Assembly: GCA_965112155.1 (NCBI GenBank)
Contig: OZ218102.1
DNA length: 64,000 bases
Strand: one strand, 5' to 3'
Origin: Podarcis liolepis
Lineage: Eukaryota
Position numbers and translations under genes: made by a program. Numbering within the stretch: the stretch's first letter is position 1; each line of letters starts with the position of its first letter. The notes under the pieces are model-generated. The model saw only the letters and a program-made list of their open reading frames with translations. It had not been told where the DNA came from and did no database searches. Shown here in pieces: positions 49,563 to 62,020 of the stretch.

Positions 49563-50224
49563 CCTAACAGGCACCAGCTGCCCCACTTGCCCTCCGGGAA
49601 GCGGTCACAGGACAGCAACCCAAGGCCCTGAGACATCTCAGGACGGTGTATAAATTCAATAAATAATGAAATAATAATAAAACCTGTACCTGGGAGTAAG
49701 TCCTGCCCAACACAAAGAAACTTGCTTCTGGAGAGGGTTGTATAGGATTGGACTGTAATCCTGGCAGATCTGTTGGTTGCCCCAAAAAATACACACAAGA
49801 AGAACCGTGTGCAAAGCTGCAGGAGGCATCTTTAATAACAAAATATCATTTAACCCAACCCCAAGCAGCCTTTGTATATATTTTGCATAAAATTGTTTCA
49901 ACAAAGGTCTATAACATGGTTGCGCACTGCCCCAATCTCTGAGCTGTTCGAGATTCCAGGGGTTCCAGGCACATACGCGTGGTTTGTGGTTCCTTTGGAA
50001 TGAGGTACAGGGGAGATGGTGGTGTCTTTATGATATATGTATGGTTTACTTACACATATATACAACCTGAGCCTATGGTGGAGAGGGGTTCACAGCATTA
50101 ACACCGCAAGAGGGCCTTGCTTTGCCCACAACTGCAGCCTTGGATTCAAGCAAGAATCGAGCATTGTTCTGCCTCGCAGGCTTCAGCCTACAGCCGGAAT
50201 AAAGCTCCTTCCCTCTCAACTCTG

Positions 50225-50650
50225 ACTTTATTATTCTTACTTACTTACTTACTTACTTACTTATACCCCACCCATCTGGCTGGGTTTCCCCAGCCACTCC
50301 GGGCAGCTCCCAATAGAATATTAAAAACACAATAAAACATCAAACATCAAAAACTTCCCTAAACAGGGCTGCCTTCAGATGTCTTCTAAAAGCCTGTTGT
50401 TTATTTCCTTGACATCTGGTGGGAGGGCGTTCCACAGGGTGGGCGCCACTACCGAGAAGGCCCTCTGCCTAGTTCCCTGTAACCTCACTTCTCACAGTGA
50501 GGGAACCCCCAGAAGGCTCTCGGAGCTGGACCTCAGTGTCTGGGCTGAACGATGGGGGTGGAGGAGCTCCTTCAGGTATACTGGGCTGAGGCCGTTTAGG
50601 GCTTTAAAGGTCAGCACCAACACTTTGTATTGTGCTCAGAAACGTGCTCA
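50225..50650 (-). mobile_element. L2 LINE 3' fragment with (TAAG)n tail
   Basis: Collinear with 25470-25870 and truncated at nearly the same point (tgtgctc(g/a)gaaacgt). Confidence 0.9.
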
Positions 50651-51219
50651 GAAACTTTGTCTTTCTAAGTACCTGCGAGTTGAGGGATGGAGCCCCCACC
50701 CATTTGCTGCCTCACACTGAGCTCCTTCCTTTGTTACTTTGATGGTCCATTACCTAACCAGGAAGGTAGCCTGGCTATTCTGTGAATTTGAATCCTTGAT
50801 TTTAACATCTGCTGGATCCACAGATTAGAAGGGTCTTAGCACACAGCCAACCCCTGCCCCAACTCAACTATATAGAGCAAGTATTCCCAACCTGGTGCCC
50901 TACAGGCCTGCAACTCCCCTCATCCCTGAAAAGTGGCCATGCTGGTTGGGGCTGATGGGAGTTGTAGCTCAGAACATCTGGAAGGCACAAGGTTAGGAAA
51001 ACCTGACATAGTGCAAAGGAGCTCTAAGGAAAGATTTAAGCCTGATACTGATATGCTGCTACGTGGTAAATATGGCCTGGGGAGTATGATGCTATGGCCT
51101 ATGCTCCAGGCAGTAGTCGCTGATCCAGCCAGATGTGCAGGGAGAAGAATTGGAATTGAGGAGGTCTTGCGGTAATCGTTGCATTTGTGGCCATTATGAC
51201 AAAGCTTGAGCTTCAAATT

Positions 51220-51470
51220 GTTAAATGCAAATATTTGCAGGACTGCTTCCTGCTTTGGGAAGAAGAGACCTCAATGAGTTAGTGGGTTGTCTTTGGTGAA
51301 CCTCACGCAGCCTTAAAAATCACAATAAACCATATAAGAATTGAACAGTTAAATGCAAATATTTGCTAGGCTACATCCTGCTTTGGGAAGAGGAGAATTC
51401 AGCAAGTTAATGGGCTGGATTTGGTGAGTCTAACAGAGCTTTTAAAAGTCATAATAAGTCATTAAGTATT
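51220..51470 (+). repeat. Diverged tandem duplication, period 128 bp
   Basis: Units start at 51220 and 51348, both with GTTAAATGCAAATATTTGC, then tcctgctttgggaaga and tttggtga. Confidence 0.85.
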
Positions 51471-53206
51471 AGATGGGTGTGAGGTCCTCTGGGAAAACAG
51501 GAGCCAGGCTGTCTCTCTGAATGCTGTTGGATAAGACTTGGGTAAAGAATTCATGTCCAGAGGAGGTAAAGTGGTCACTTCCCTTGTGGTTCTGTATGTA
51601 TCAGCTCACCATAGTGTCATTGACAGAGGACACTGGAAGCCAGAGACAAATTTGGGCAAGAACTGCAGCAATTCTACAAGTTGTTTGAGCTGACTACAGC
51701 TCTCTTCTTATGTCAGTCAAGTGGACTTGTAAAGACATGATGTCATATTTGGAGGAAAGGATTAAAGAGTGCGGGCTGCCTTCTCTTCACGGCGTTGTCA
51801 TGGTGCCCCTGCCGTGCCATTATGTCATGTGAAACTGAGATGTGGTTCTCTCTCTAAGCCAGGGGTGCACAACCTGTGGCCCAAGGTCTGTGTGTGGCCC
51901 TTGGCTTAATTTCATGCAGGTGGGGGAAGCTGGGAGGGGTGGGGGAGAGAGGAGAGGGAGGTCGTGAACATTGGAGAGAATCCTGAAACAGATAGAGCAA
52001 AGGAGGGAGGTGGGGGAGCCCGCTGCAAGTGATCAGTTCCAACTTTTGGCAAGAGCTATGTATCTCTCCCTTGGCAATCTGTTGTGTAGAGAGGAAGGGA
52101 GAAGGAGAGAAAGGAACTGGCCCCATGCACTGCGGACTCTAGACTGCACCCACTGGACGGTGTCTGATGAAACTGTTGCATTAGCACAAGGAGTTTTAGC
52201 AACAAAATGGAACACCCTCTCCTCTCCCTCTGTGATTCCTAAATCTGTTCTGTGGGTGACCCCAATCCTCTGGAGCAGATTTGCAGGGCATGCAAGGGAC
52301 GTGCAGGGAGAGGAGAGGGCGAGGAAGTTCCTCTGTGCAGCTAAAACACCTAATGCTAGCAAAACCATTTCATTGGACATTGCCCACTGCTGATGTGTGT
52401 CCCTCGACAAATCACCTTGAAGGCTTCAGGAAGAAAAATGGTTCCCCACTAGGCTTTGCCACAGCCTGGAGGCAAAGAGGGAATAGACGGCAATGGGTAA
52501 CCAGTGTAGTCAGATAGACTTGGATGGTCATGGCAACCTGATAGGCTTAAACTAGTTTTGTCTGGGGCCAATCCAGTTTTTGTTGTTGTTATCTGGTATT
52601 GTCATTTCTTGCCCCCTTGCAATGCTCCCAGTTCTCCCCCTCCAGTTGTGTTGATACTGCTAGTTCTGATCCTGTATTCCAGGATTTCTCAGACTAGTTT
52701 CATGCCAATTTTTTTGAGTTATAGTTTCATGCCAACTTTTTTGAGTTATTGTGTTCTGCTATGACTGCTCATGGCACATATAATAATAATAATAAATTTT
52801 ATTTATATCCCGCCCTCCCCAGCCAAAGCTGGAAGACCAGCAGCATGGTCTTATTTTGGTGGGAACAGTAAAAAAAATACCACTTTTTGCACTTTCCAGA
52901 GGCAGGCAGTATGGACTATAAACAAGGGACTTATTTGTGTGGTATTCTGTACAATATGCCCCATGGGCAGCAATTGCATTTGTGGCAAATTCCAGTAGAA
53001 TGCTGCCTTGCAAAAACAAGGGGCTACAATGTGGACCCAGCAGGGTCTGCTAGACAGCACAGAGAGTTGAAAATTAGTATCTGGAGTTTGTTGGACTAAG
53101 AGCTGGCTTAGATATTGGGTGCTGGTTCTGAACTAATATTGCTGTGGTAACTGAGAGAAGGTCCCCAGTGCTTTTGGACCTTTGTGACACCCGCTTCATC
53201 TATATA

Positions 53207-53454
53207 CAGTGGTACCTCAGGTTACATACGCTTCAGGTTACATACACTTCAGGTTACAGACTTCGCTAACCCAGAAATATTACCTCGGGTTAAGAACTTT
53301 GCTTCAGGATGAGAACAGAAAGTGGCAGCAGCAGGAGGCGGCGCGGCAGCAGCAGGAGGCCCCATTAGCTAAAGTGGTGCTTCAGGTTAAGAACAGTTTC
53401 AGGTTAAGAACGGACCTCCGGAATGAATTAAGTTCTTAACCCCAGGTACCACTG
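53207..53454. mobile_element. Tc1/mariner MITE family A, copy 4
   Basis: TA TSD and TIRs; internal duplications. Confidence 0.9.
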
Positions 53455-55984
53455 TATTTGAAAATCAGCAGTTCAGTACAAAAGTCACCAAAGTCTCCAG
53501 TACTCTCCTCCAAAGGTAATCTTTCTTATCGAGACTTTCCTGCACATCTTGCTTCCTGACAAAGAGGTAGGATGAAATGTGAGTGGTTTCCTTGACAAGC
53601 CACTTAACCCGTCTGAACCCAAACTCAGATCTGATCTAATAAAATCCTGATTGAAAAATTGAGCCGAATGATATTTACTAGACACTGATATTAGACAGAA
53701 CTTTTGCATTCAATGCATTTCAATTTATGGTTCCAGTTGCAAGATTCCTAAACAAACTGCACATCTTTGGCTTTCAGCAGGTGCGCTGTGCAATGTTTCA
53801 TACGTCTTAAGAGCTAAGAATCCTTTATATTACTTACAGACTACAGAATCCATAGGTGATGCTTCCAGACTTAGTTGGACATTTGCAGAGATTGCATCTC
53901 ATCTAAAGTCACAGTAACACATGGGGCTGAAGAATTCAGTCTTCAAAAGCTAACGTTTGTTTCCCTGCAAGTGTGGAGGGGAACTTGCCTTGTGACTAAG
54001 CACTGAAATATGTGGGAAGATAATGGATCCTCAAATTCTCTGTGATTGTAGTGATAGCATGAAATAATTGCATTATGGTATATTGTGAGTGAACTCCTGC
54101 AAGGGTCCCAACCTAGATTGTAGCCATAGTTTTTCACAGAAAAGCAAAATATATATTTGAGTATGTAAAAGAAAGTTAAAGGATATGGCGTTACCAATGC
54201 ATTTTTGAAATACCGAGAATTATTCAGGGATAACAGAACTCGGTATAACTCGGTCTAAGAAAACTGGCCATTGATTCCTGTTCTGAATATTTTGGTTCTC
54301 TCACATGAATTCTCCCCCCCCCCCCAGAATCTCCCATGTATGTAGGGATGGGTGAATTGGTCAGTTACAGTTCTCTCAGTTCCTCATTTCTCCAGCCTTA
54401 AGTTCAGTCCTTCACATTTCCACATCAGTGTGAGAATTTTTCAGTCCTCACAAAAATTCATCAGCATTTTAATGCAAAATTCACAAGATATACACATTTT
54501 AGTATTTGATTTTGCCGAATATACACAACTTTGCAAAGCAAATTTCCCCCAACATAATGCATTGTATTTATTTATTTATGTTATTTTTACAAATGTATGG
54601 ATTGTTAGGCACACTTTGTCTTAGTATACAATATGCATTTTTCTCAATGTTACATGGCTGGAAAAGGTCACTGCAAAATTCAGGGAAGTGCGATTTTCAA
54701 TAGCTGAGTTTCAGATCCCATATAGTTTCAGAACATGTGACCTAGACATGTTCATCAAGCCCCTGAATGGAACTAGATGCTTATTGGGTAGGGTAGGGGG
54801 TGCTGTGCTGGGCTGTAGTTGGTTAGCACGCTGTGCCACATAGATGAGGTAAAACTTTGCTTTTTCCATGATATTTGGGTAGATTAGCAGCTCAGGGACT
54901 TCTGGTGTCCTACAGCCATATGCAGTAGTCCCTTCAAACATGTCTTCTCTTTCAGTTTCTAAGATGTAGCTGGTTGAGACCACAACGCCCAATGAAATCT
55001 GAGGCAATCCTCTTCCCAACATGTGCCCCCTTTGGGTGGGGCAGGTGCACACAGTTCTGCGTTCTTGAATTCTGATAAGAATTATCTGTTTCCTTAGAAC
55101 ATGGCATTTAGCTTATTCCTTGCTCACACGTGTGTGGTTCATTTTTTTTGCCTATGGATATATACATTTTGTTTTCACCCAAGTGTGGTTGTTCAAGGCC
55201 ATAGGATACTCTCAGAAAGCAAGACAAACGACACCATGTTTGTGCCTGACACTACTCTTTGGTGCCCTCTTCTGGAATGTTCCCTGCAGCACTATCTCAG
55301 AGTATGCATTTATGCTTCCACTTTCTAAGATCCAAATCATGGGTGATATTCAAGTTATTCTCAGAAAAAGACCCATTAAAATAATGGGTGTGTGTGCACG
55401 CACACATACACATACACACATCTGGACTGAATGATACAAGGTAACAGGAACAGAGTGAACTGAGTTGAAATGGTTGAATATCCTTTGGGGAGGTAGGTCA
55501 GAGGTGGATGACCACTTTACGTAGAGAAGTCCCAGTTTCAATTCCTGGCAACTCCAGATAGGACTGGGAATGTCTGCCATCTGATACCCCAGAGAACCAC
55601 TGGAAATCATTGTAGATGATGGACTGACAGGGCTAGATGCTCTGACTCAACACAAAGTAGCTTCTTATGTTCCCATGTAATATGATTATAAATTAAGTGA
55701 AGAAGAAACAAGTTTAGATACTCTGGGATTGGAGGAGCAAGCTGAGCCAGGGTGGTGGAATATGATTAGCAATTAAACACTGGAATCCTAAACACACTTG
55801 CTAGCCTAGTTCAGTTGGTTGAGGCTTGTCTCCATGTAAACTAATTTAGGGAAGTCAAACAAAATTAATTTTAGACACCCTAGGTCTCAACTGTGCGGCA
55901 CCAGATAACCTGAAAAAGAAATCTGCTTAACTTTGGCCTGATCTGTTTTCATGATTAAGCTCATAATAAAGCCCTATGTTGTTG

Positions 55985-56390
55985 AACAAACACATATATC
56001 TCGTCTTCCCTCCAAAGTAGTGTACATGGTTCTCGCCCTCCACTTTTTCTGTTCACAACAATCCTGTAAGGAAGGTTGGGCTGAGAGATTGTGACAGTGC
56101 CAAGATCATCTTCATGGAGAAGTGGAGATTTGAACCCTGGTCTCCCAGGGCCTAGGACAACACTAACTAACCACTACACCAAATCTTTGGAAACAAGCAT
56201 TCTTAGACCTATAGCTACAAACACCTTGGACCACTGTTAGGCGAGTCAATGTTGTTTGGTGGTCAGTATATTGGATTAGGAGCAAAAAGATCCTGGTTCA
56301 AATCATTCATATATGCAGCTCAACTATGTGACCTTGGGCCAATCACTGTCTCTCAGCCCAACCTACTCCACAGGGTAGTTGTGAGAATGA
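55985..56390. mobile_element. Two old MIR/Squam3-like SINEs head-to-head (minus about 55985-56180, plus about 56245-56390)
   Basis: cacaacaatcctgtaagg...gctgagag...aaccactacacc (minus) and ggttcaaatc...gaccttgggccaatcac...cacagggtagttgtgag (plus). Confidence 0.6.
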
Positions 56391-57914
56391 CATTGTGTAT
56401 AAGGGTAAAACAGGAGTGGGATAGAAATGTAACTAACTGCATATTGAATTTCAAGGTGGGGATCCTGAATTCATCTCTTAAGCCAGGGATATGGAATTTG
56501 TGGCCCTCCAGATGTTATTGGACTCCAAATCCCATCATCTCTAGCCAGTATGGCCAATAATTAGGGATGATGGGAATTGTGGTCTGGCAACATCTGGACA
56601 GCCAAAGGTCCCACACTCCTGTTTAAAACTAATGAGGCAGCTTTGGGTAGAACATTGTCTTATTTCCCTCCTCCATAAGGTGGATCTCAGCTAGCTAGTC
56701 TGGCCAGCTACCACCAAATTAATTGCACATGTTCAAGGGTAAAGCTGAGGGTACCATGTACATTGACAACACATCTTTGTTCATATATTTCCCCAACAGA
56801 CTTTGCTTCCTGTTATTATTAGACTATATGAGAAAAGCTGGCTTGAATGTTAGTGCTGTCATTCATGAGCTACAGTGGGTAGCTGGCACTCTCTGCAAGT
56901 TCTGATTTTTGAAAAACCAGATTCTTTTCACACATGTAGTAGTTTTACTCTTGCAGTAGTATCATTGCTGATGTATTGGCGGTGCAATTGTTACTGTGCA
57001 TTGTAATGACTGAAGCTGCCATCCTTGAAATATTTGTTCTTGAGGCCGTATCGCTGAAGTAACAGGGGTGTTACAAGAATAAATAGTTTGAATGTTTCCC
57101 ACATATCGGGGCAGTATGTTGCAATTACCGCTAGCGTGGAAAAGCACTAGTATGTTCTCACAGTAATTCAGCATTAAAATACTTTTTTACTATTTAGAAC
57201 ACTGTCATTGACAACTCAATCATTCTTAATGCTTTCTAAGTCGCTTATGCACAGTGCAATGGGATATTCAATGCAGCTGTGGAAAGAGGCAAAGTCAGCA
57301 TCAATACGTGTGTGGAACATTAATAAGTGGATCTCTGTGGAGTTCCATGTGTGGAGTGCCGTTTATATGTTCCAACAAGAAAGTCCATATTCTAGGCCAA
57401 GAACAGAGACATTCCACACTCAGAATATATTACTGAATTGGAAATTTGCTGTTTCAGAATAACATGCTTTGTTTCCACAGATTTGGGGGCTCATTTGTTT
57501 TCTTCGCCATGGAATGGTGTGGTAACGGAATTGATGTGTGTGAGGGGGGAGGTTGTGCACACATTACAAGCTTAAAATATAGCAAGGTTGTTGTTTTTCT
57601 CTCAATTCAGATCAAAACTGGTTTGCTTGTAGAGATGGTGATTGAGATGACCAGTTAAGATAGGTCAAAAATCCATCTACACCTTTCTTAGCACTTGGCT
57701 TTCATTCCGGGATCCAGACACATCAAAAAAGGTTGGCAAAAGACAGGACTCCACAGCGTCATCTGGTATCACAGTGTTATAACACATATAAAACATTTTT
57801 TTCTTTACTAAGGTAGCTAAGTCCTAAGATGTTGGAAGAAAAGTCTCCCTCAGTATCAATGTGTTGCTTTATTTTATTTTTTTAGCCTGATGGGAATGCC
57901 TCCCTTTTCTAAAT

Positions 57915-58192
57915 CACTGCGAGAAGCCAAGTTACAGGGAACCAGGCAGAGGGCCTTCTCGGTAGTGGCGTCCTCCCTGTGGAACACCCTCCCACCAGAT
58001 GTCAAAGAGAACAACAACTACCAGACTTTTAGAAGACATCTGAAGGCAGCCCTGTTCAGGGAAGCTTTTAATGTTTGATGTATTAGAGTATTTTAATATT
58101 ATTATTTTTTGGAAGCAGCCCAGAGTGGCTGGGGAAGCCCAGCCAGATGGGCGGGGTACAAATAATAAATTATTATTATTATATTATTATTA
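57915..58192 (+). mobile_element. L2 LINE 3' fragment
   Basis: SLREAKLQGTRQRAFSVVASSLWNTLPPDVKE...FRRHLKAALFREAFNV*; (TTA)n tail. Confidence 0.9.
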
Positions 58193-58383
58193 CTAAATAG
58201 GTCTGTTTCCTTTTGTCTCACCTTAATTCATGATCTGTTCTGTAAGTTTTTTCCATGTCCCACCTGCCTAATGTCCTTTTGTTAAGTATCCAACTATTTG
58301 CTGTTATTGCTTCACTGCTGGTTTCAGCATCATGTTCATTCCCTCTATGTCCAATGTTCAGAGTGTGAGTGACAATGCTTATA

Positions 58384-58635
58384 CAGTGGTACCTTGGTGT
58401 AAGAGCAGTTTAGTTCATGAACAACTTGGATTAAGAACATTGCAAACCCGGAAGTAGGTGTTTTGGTTTGTGAACTTTGTTTTGGAATAAGAACAAGTTT
58501 TGCTTCCTGTTGAGTGTGTTCTATTTGTAAATCGAGTCCCCCGCTGCTAAGGGAAAGGACGCCTTGGTTTAAGAACACTTTGGTTTAAGAACGGACTTCC
58601 GGAATGGATTAAGTTCATAAACCAAGGTACCACTG
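58384..58635. mobile_element. Tc1/mariner MITE, related family B
   Basis: TA|CAGTGGTACCTTGGT ... ACCAAGGTACCACTG|TA, a perfect 15-bp TIR. Confidence 0.88.
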
Positions 58636-60076
58636 TATAGCCAAAATGGCACCACCATGAGAGGAAAGGAGCAGCAGACTTATAGGAACTTCCAAGGTTT
58701 GCCGAAATACCAAAGGAGGGCTTGTGGGGCTTTGTGGGTTGGGGGGAGGAAGGGCATTGTATAAATAATAAAATTCTTATTAAATTATTATTAAACAGAA
58801 AACAAGGGGAGGGTGAATGGAAGAGAGTAACTGGAATCCTGAACAGGAACATTCCACAGTAGAACCTTTTTCATTGCAAATCCCACTTGTTACTGAAAGG
58901 ACTTTATTTTCCTTATGCAAAGATATCCTTGTTTCTATGCAAATAAACATGAAAGAAAGAAAAACAACGTCCCGCTCCTTAGAGCCCTTCACACTCAACA
59001 TTCTTGCTTCATAAAGTCTTCCGTTCCTTTCAGAACAACAGTTGAGAGTCTTGGGAAGAAAACCTTATAAAAAGTAATCTGGCCCATTTGGTGCAAGCTG
59101 CTCACATTCTCTCCTCCTGCTGCTGCAGTAAACGTTCCTAGCTATGCAAGGAAGGCCCACAGAGACAGTTCAACAGCTAAGGGTGTGTATTTCAGGCAGG
59201 GGTGAAATCAAAGCCCGTTACAGAAGTTCACGCGCACACAGTAAGCTGAGAGTGGATTGTTTTCCCCAAATGCCTATTTAATACACTAAAAAGAAAGGAG
59301 GCAGGACTTGCATCTAGATAGCAGCAGGGTAAGGATGAGGAGTCAAGTTTTAGGAGTAGAAATGGGTCTAAGGTTTCAAAAAAGGGAGGAAAATAGTTGA
59401 ACAGAGCCTACTGTTAATTTTAATCATCCTTTGAATTTTTTTAAAATACCTTTTTTAACAGGGTTTTATGGAGAATTTTGATGTTTTGTTTTATGATTTT
59501 GTAAACCGCTTAGAGGTTTTCTTACAGTCAAGCAGTATATCAATTTTGTTAAATAAATAAATACATAATTAAAAAAAACAAATTGAGGGTTTTTTTCTAT
59601 CAATATTATTAAGATATTATTTGGGGACTGAAATCTGGCACAATTAATTTTATTTCAAAATGGAGCAGCGTACACTTTTTAACTAAGAATTCTTCTGAGT
59701 AGTTAATCCACAGTAGTAGACAACTGAAAGGTTGGTGCCACACACAATAGCAACTTATTAGCAAGTATCAAGTGCCCATGTAGATGTTGTTTCCCTCCAG
59801 ATGTTGCTGGACTTCTTTGCTCCCACCATCCCTAACCATTTCCCATGTTTGCTGGGGCTGATGGGAGCTGGAATCCAACAACACTGGGTGGGTCACAGAT
59901 TCTCGCATCTCTAGCATAGAGCACCTCATGTTGCAGAACCTTCTTTATTGCCAAATTCTGTCTTGTAAAATGGCTGGCATCCCAACTGTCACGCTCCTGA
60001 GATTTAAAATGCTTGCTCCTGCTTTCCTTTTTTATATCACAAACCATTTTTGGAACTCCTCACAGGTTCAAAAGTA

Positions 60077-60500
60077 CCGTATTTTTCGCTCCATAAGACA
60101 CACTTTTTTCCTCCTAAAAAGTAAGGGGAAATGTCTGTGCATCTTATGGAGCGAATGTGTGGTCAATCACTGGCTCCCTTTCTGGCCCTGCCCCCTTGCC
60201 CAGGCCTCCATTGTTGGATGTCCTGCAGAGGGAGGCTGTTTGTTTCCCCAGTGACATGTGACTGGCTGATTAGATTATCTGTCTGGAAACTGTAGAAATG
60301 GCTCCCTTTCCTTTCCTAAAGAAATGGGGCTTTACCCCTTTGCAAAAGAAGCTGCACAACTTTGAGCTGATCCTCAAAAAATCGGGGCTTTCCCCTTTGC
60401 AAAAGAAGCTGCACAACTGTGAACTGATCCCCCTCAAAATGGGGATTTCCCCCTTTCCTCCTCTAAAAACTAGGTGCGTCTTATGGAGCGAAAAATATGG
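60077..60500. mobile_element. pogo/Tigger-like MITE with an internal tandem repeat of about 56 bp
   Basis: TA|CCGTATTTTTCGCTCCATAAGAC ... GTCTTATGGAGCGAAAAATATGG|TA. Confidence 0.88.
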
Positions 60501-61811
60501 TAGTTTGCAATGCAGTGTAGGGATGCTATATGGATAATGTCACTATATTAAATCACAAGATGGAGCCAGAAGTTTCCTGTTACTGTTCTGCTCTTGTCTG
60601 ATAGTGAGCATCTTTGTGGCCAATGGCTTGTGGACCAGCACCAGTCCATTGACCACCACTTTGAGTAGCACTGTTCTAAAGCTTCCATGATAGACCTGCT
60701 ATCCAAGAAACACAAGCCCATAGCCGCCTTAGGTGTGTGGATCTAGTCATGCATTTATTTGGGCCCTTGCTAATATATTTATATATAGTATGAAACAGAT
60801 GTGTTTAAATTACCAACATTTAAAGCCATCACATGCCAGCCCTTCCCTTCCTGAATTCTGCAAGGATTTGGACAGACCAGAGTTCAGCAGTAGTACTGAA
60901 TTTGAACAGCCACATGCTTGCATGATTTCGAGCTTCAAAATGCTTATTCCACTATCAATCATAGGATTGAAGGCAGGTTCTAATATTAAAATAATTGAGA
61001 TTTGATGCGCAGCACATCAAGCGAGGACTGCTAGTCAGAGTCATATTCAAATACAATCTGCAGTTGATTGAAACCAGCAGATGAGAAATCGTTAAGTTGC
61101 ACAATACAGCATTCAGGACTGAAGCAGGGGAACCTGGAGTCAGTGGCAAGACAATCTGTTTTCTATTTTCTTAGATGCAAACCCACAGCACACACCTTGA
61201 AATTCTTTCAGATCCTATCAAGGCCACCCTTGTTGAGCGATGGAGAGGAGATTACGTGTTAAGAGTTTGCTAGGGGATATGGTGAGTGCACTGAAACTTT
61301 TGTTTTTATTTTTTGCACTGGGATCTGAGAAAAAAACGTAACGCCAGACCTCCCATGTTTAATGCAGGTCTTTACAATGTGAATTGCTCTCAGTCTCCAG
61401 TGAAAAATATTTGCCTGTATACTTTGTTCCTCACAGTTAAAATCACAGGGAGCCGACTCCCATACAACATCCCCAGGACATTTCAGTCACGTTGGAATTT
61501 GAGTGGGTGGTACAGGAGTTTTTTATTTAAACATTTTAATGTCCAAGCAAAAAGGCACCTAGGGCAGTGACAAAATCATTTGAAATTATTTAATGACTGA
61601 AATATAATTGGAAACATTTTTCTTTATCATTTGAAAAATATTTCACAAGGCATTTGTTGATTTTTAAATTATTGCTTCCCAAGGCTAAAATATATATTAA
61701 CTCCCTCCCCCAATCCTTTAACAATTAACTTCCACCAGTTATGTCCATTAAGTGTTGTTGTTGTTTTAAAAAATGCTACTACACAGTTACTTGTAGTCAC
61801 TTTCTTAAGCT

Positions 61812-62020
61812 TATTTATTTCTTGCATTTATATCCCACCCATTTCTCCAAGGAGCACAAGGTGATGGGCATTTCATCCTCACAAGAACCCTGTGAGGTAG
61901 GTTAGGCTGTGAGGCAGTGACTGGCCCAAGGTCACCTAGTCAGCTTCAAGGATGGTTGGGGGATTCAAACCCTGGTCTCTCAGGTTCTAGCCTGACACTG
62001 CAACCGTTTCACCAGACTAC
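61812..62020 (-). mobile_element. Old MIR/Squam3-like SINE
   Basis: atcctcacaagaaccctgtgaggtaggttaggctg...gactggcccaaggtcacc...ggattcaaaccctggtctc. Confidence 0.7.

Noticed and set aside
15679-53454. Same orientation of all four family-A MITEs
   Set aside because: Expected one time in eight by chance.
60320-60450. Repeat-spacer-like array (CRISPR-like)
   Set aside because: A simple tandem duplication of about 56 bp inside a MITE, with no unique spacers, in a vertebrate genome.
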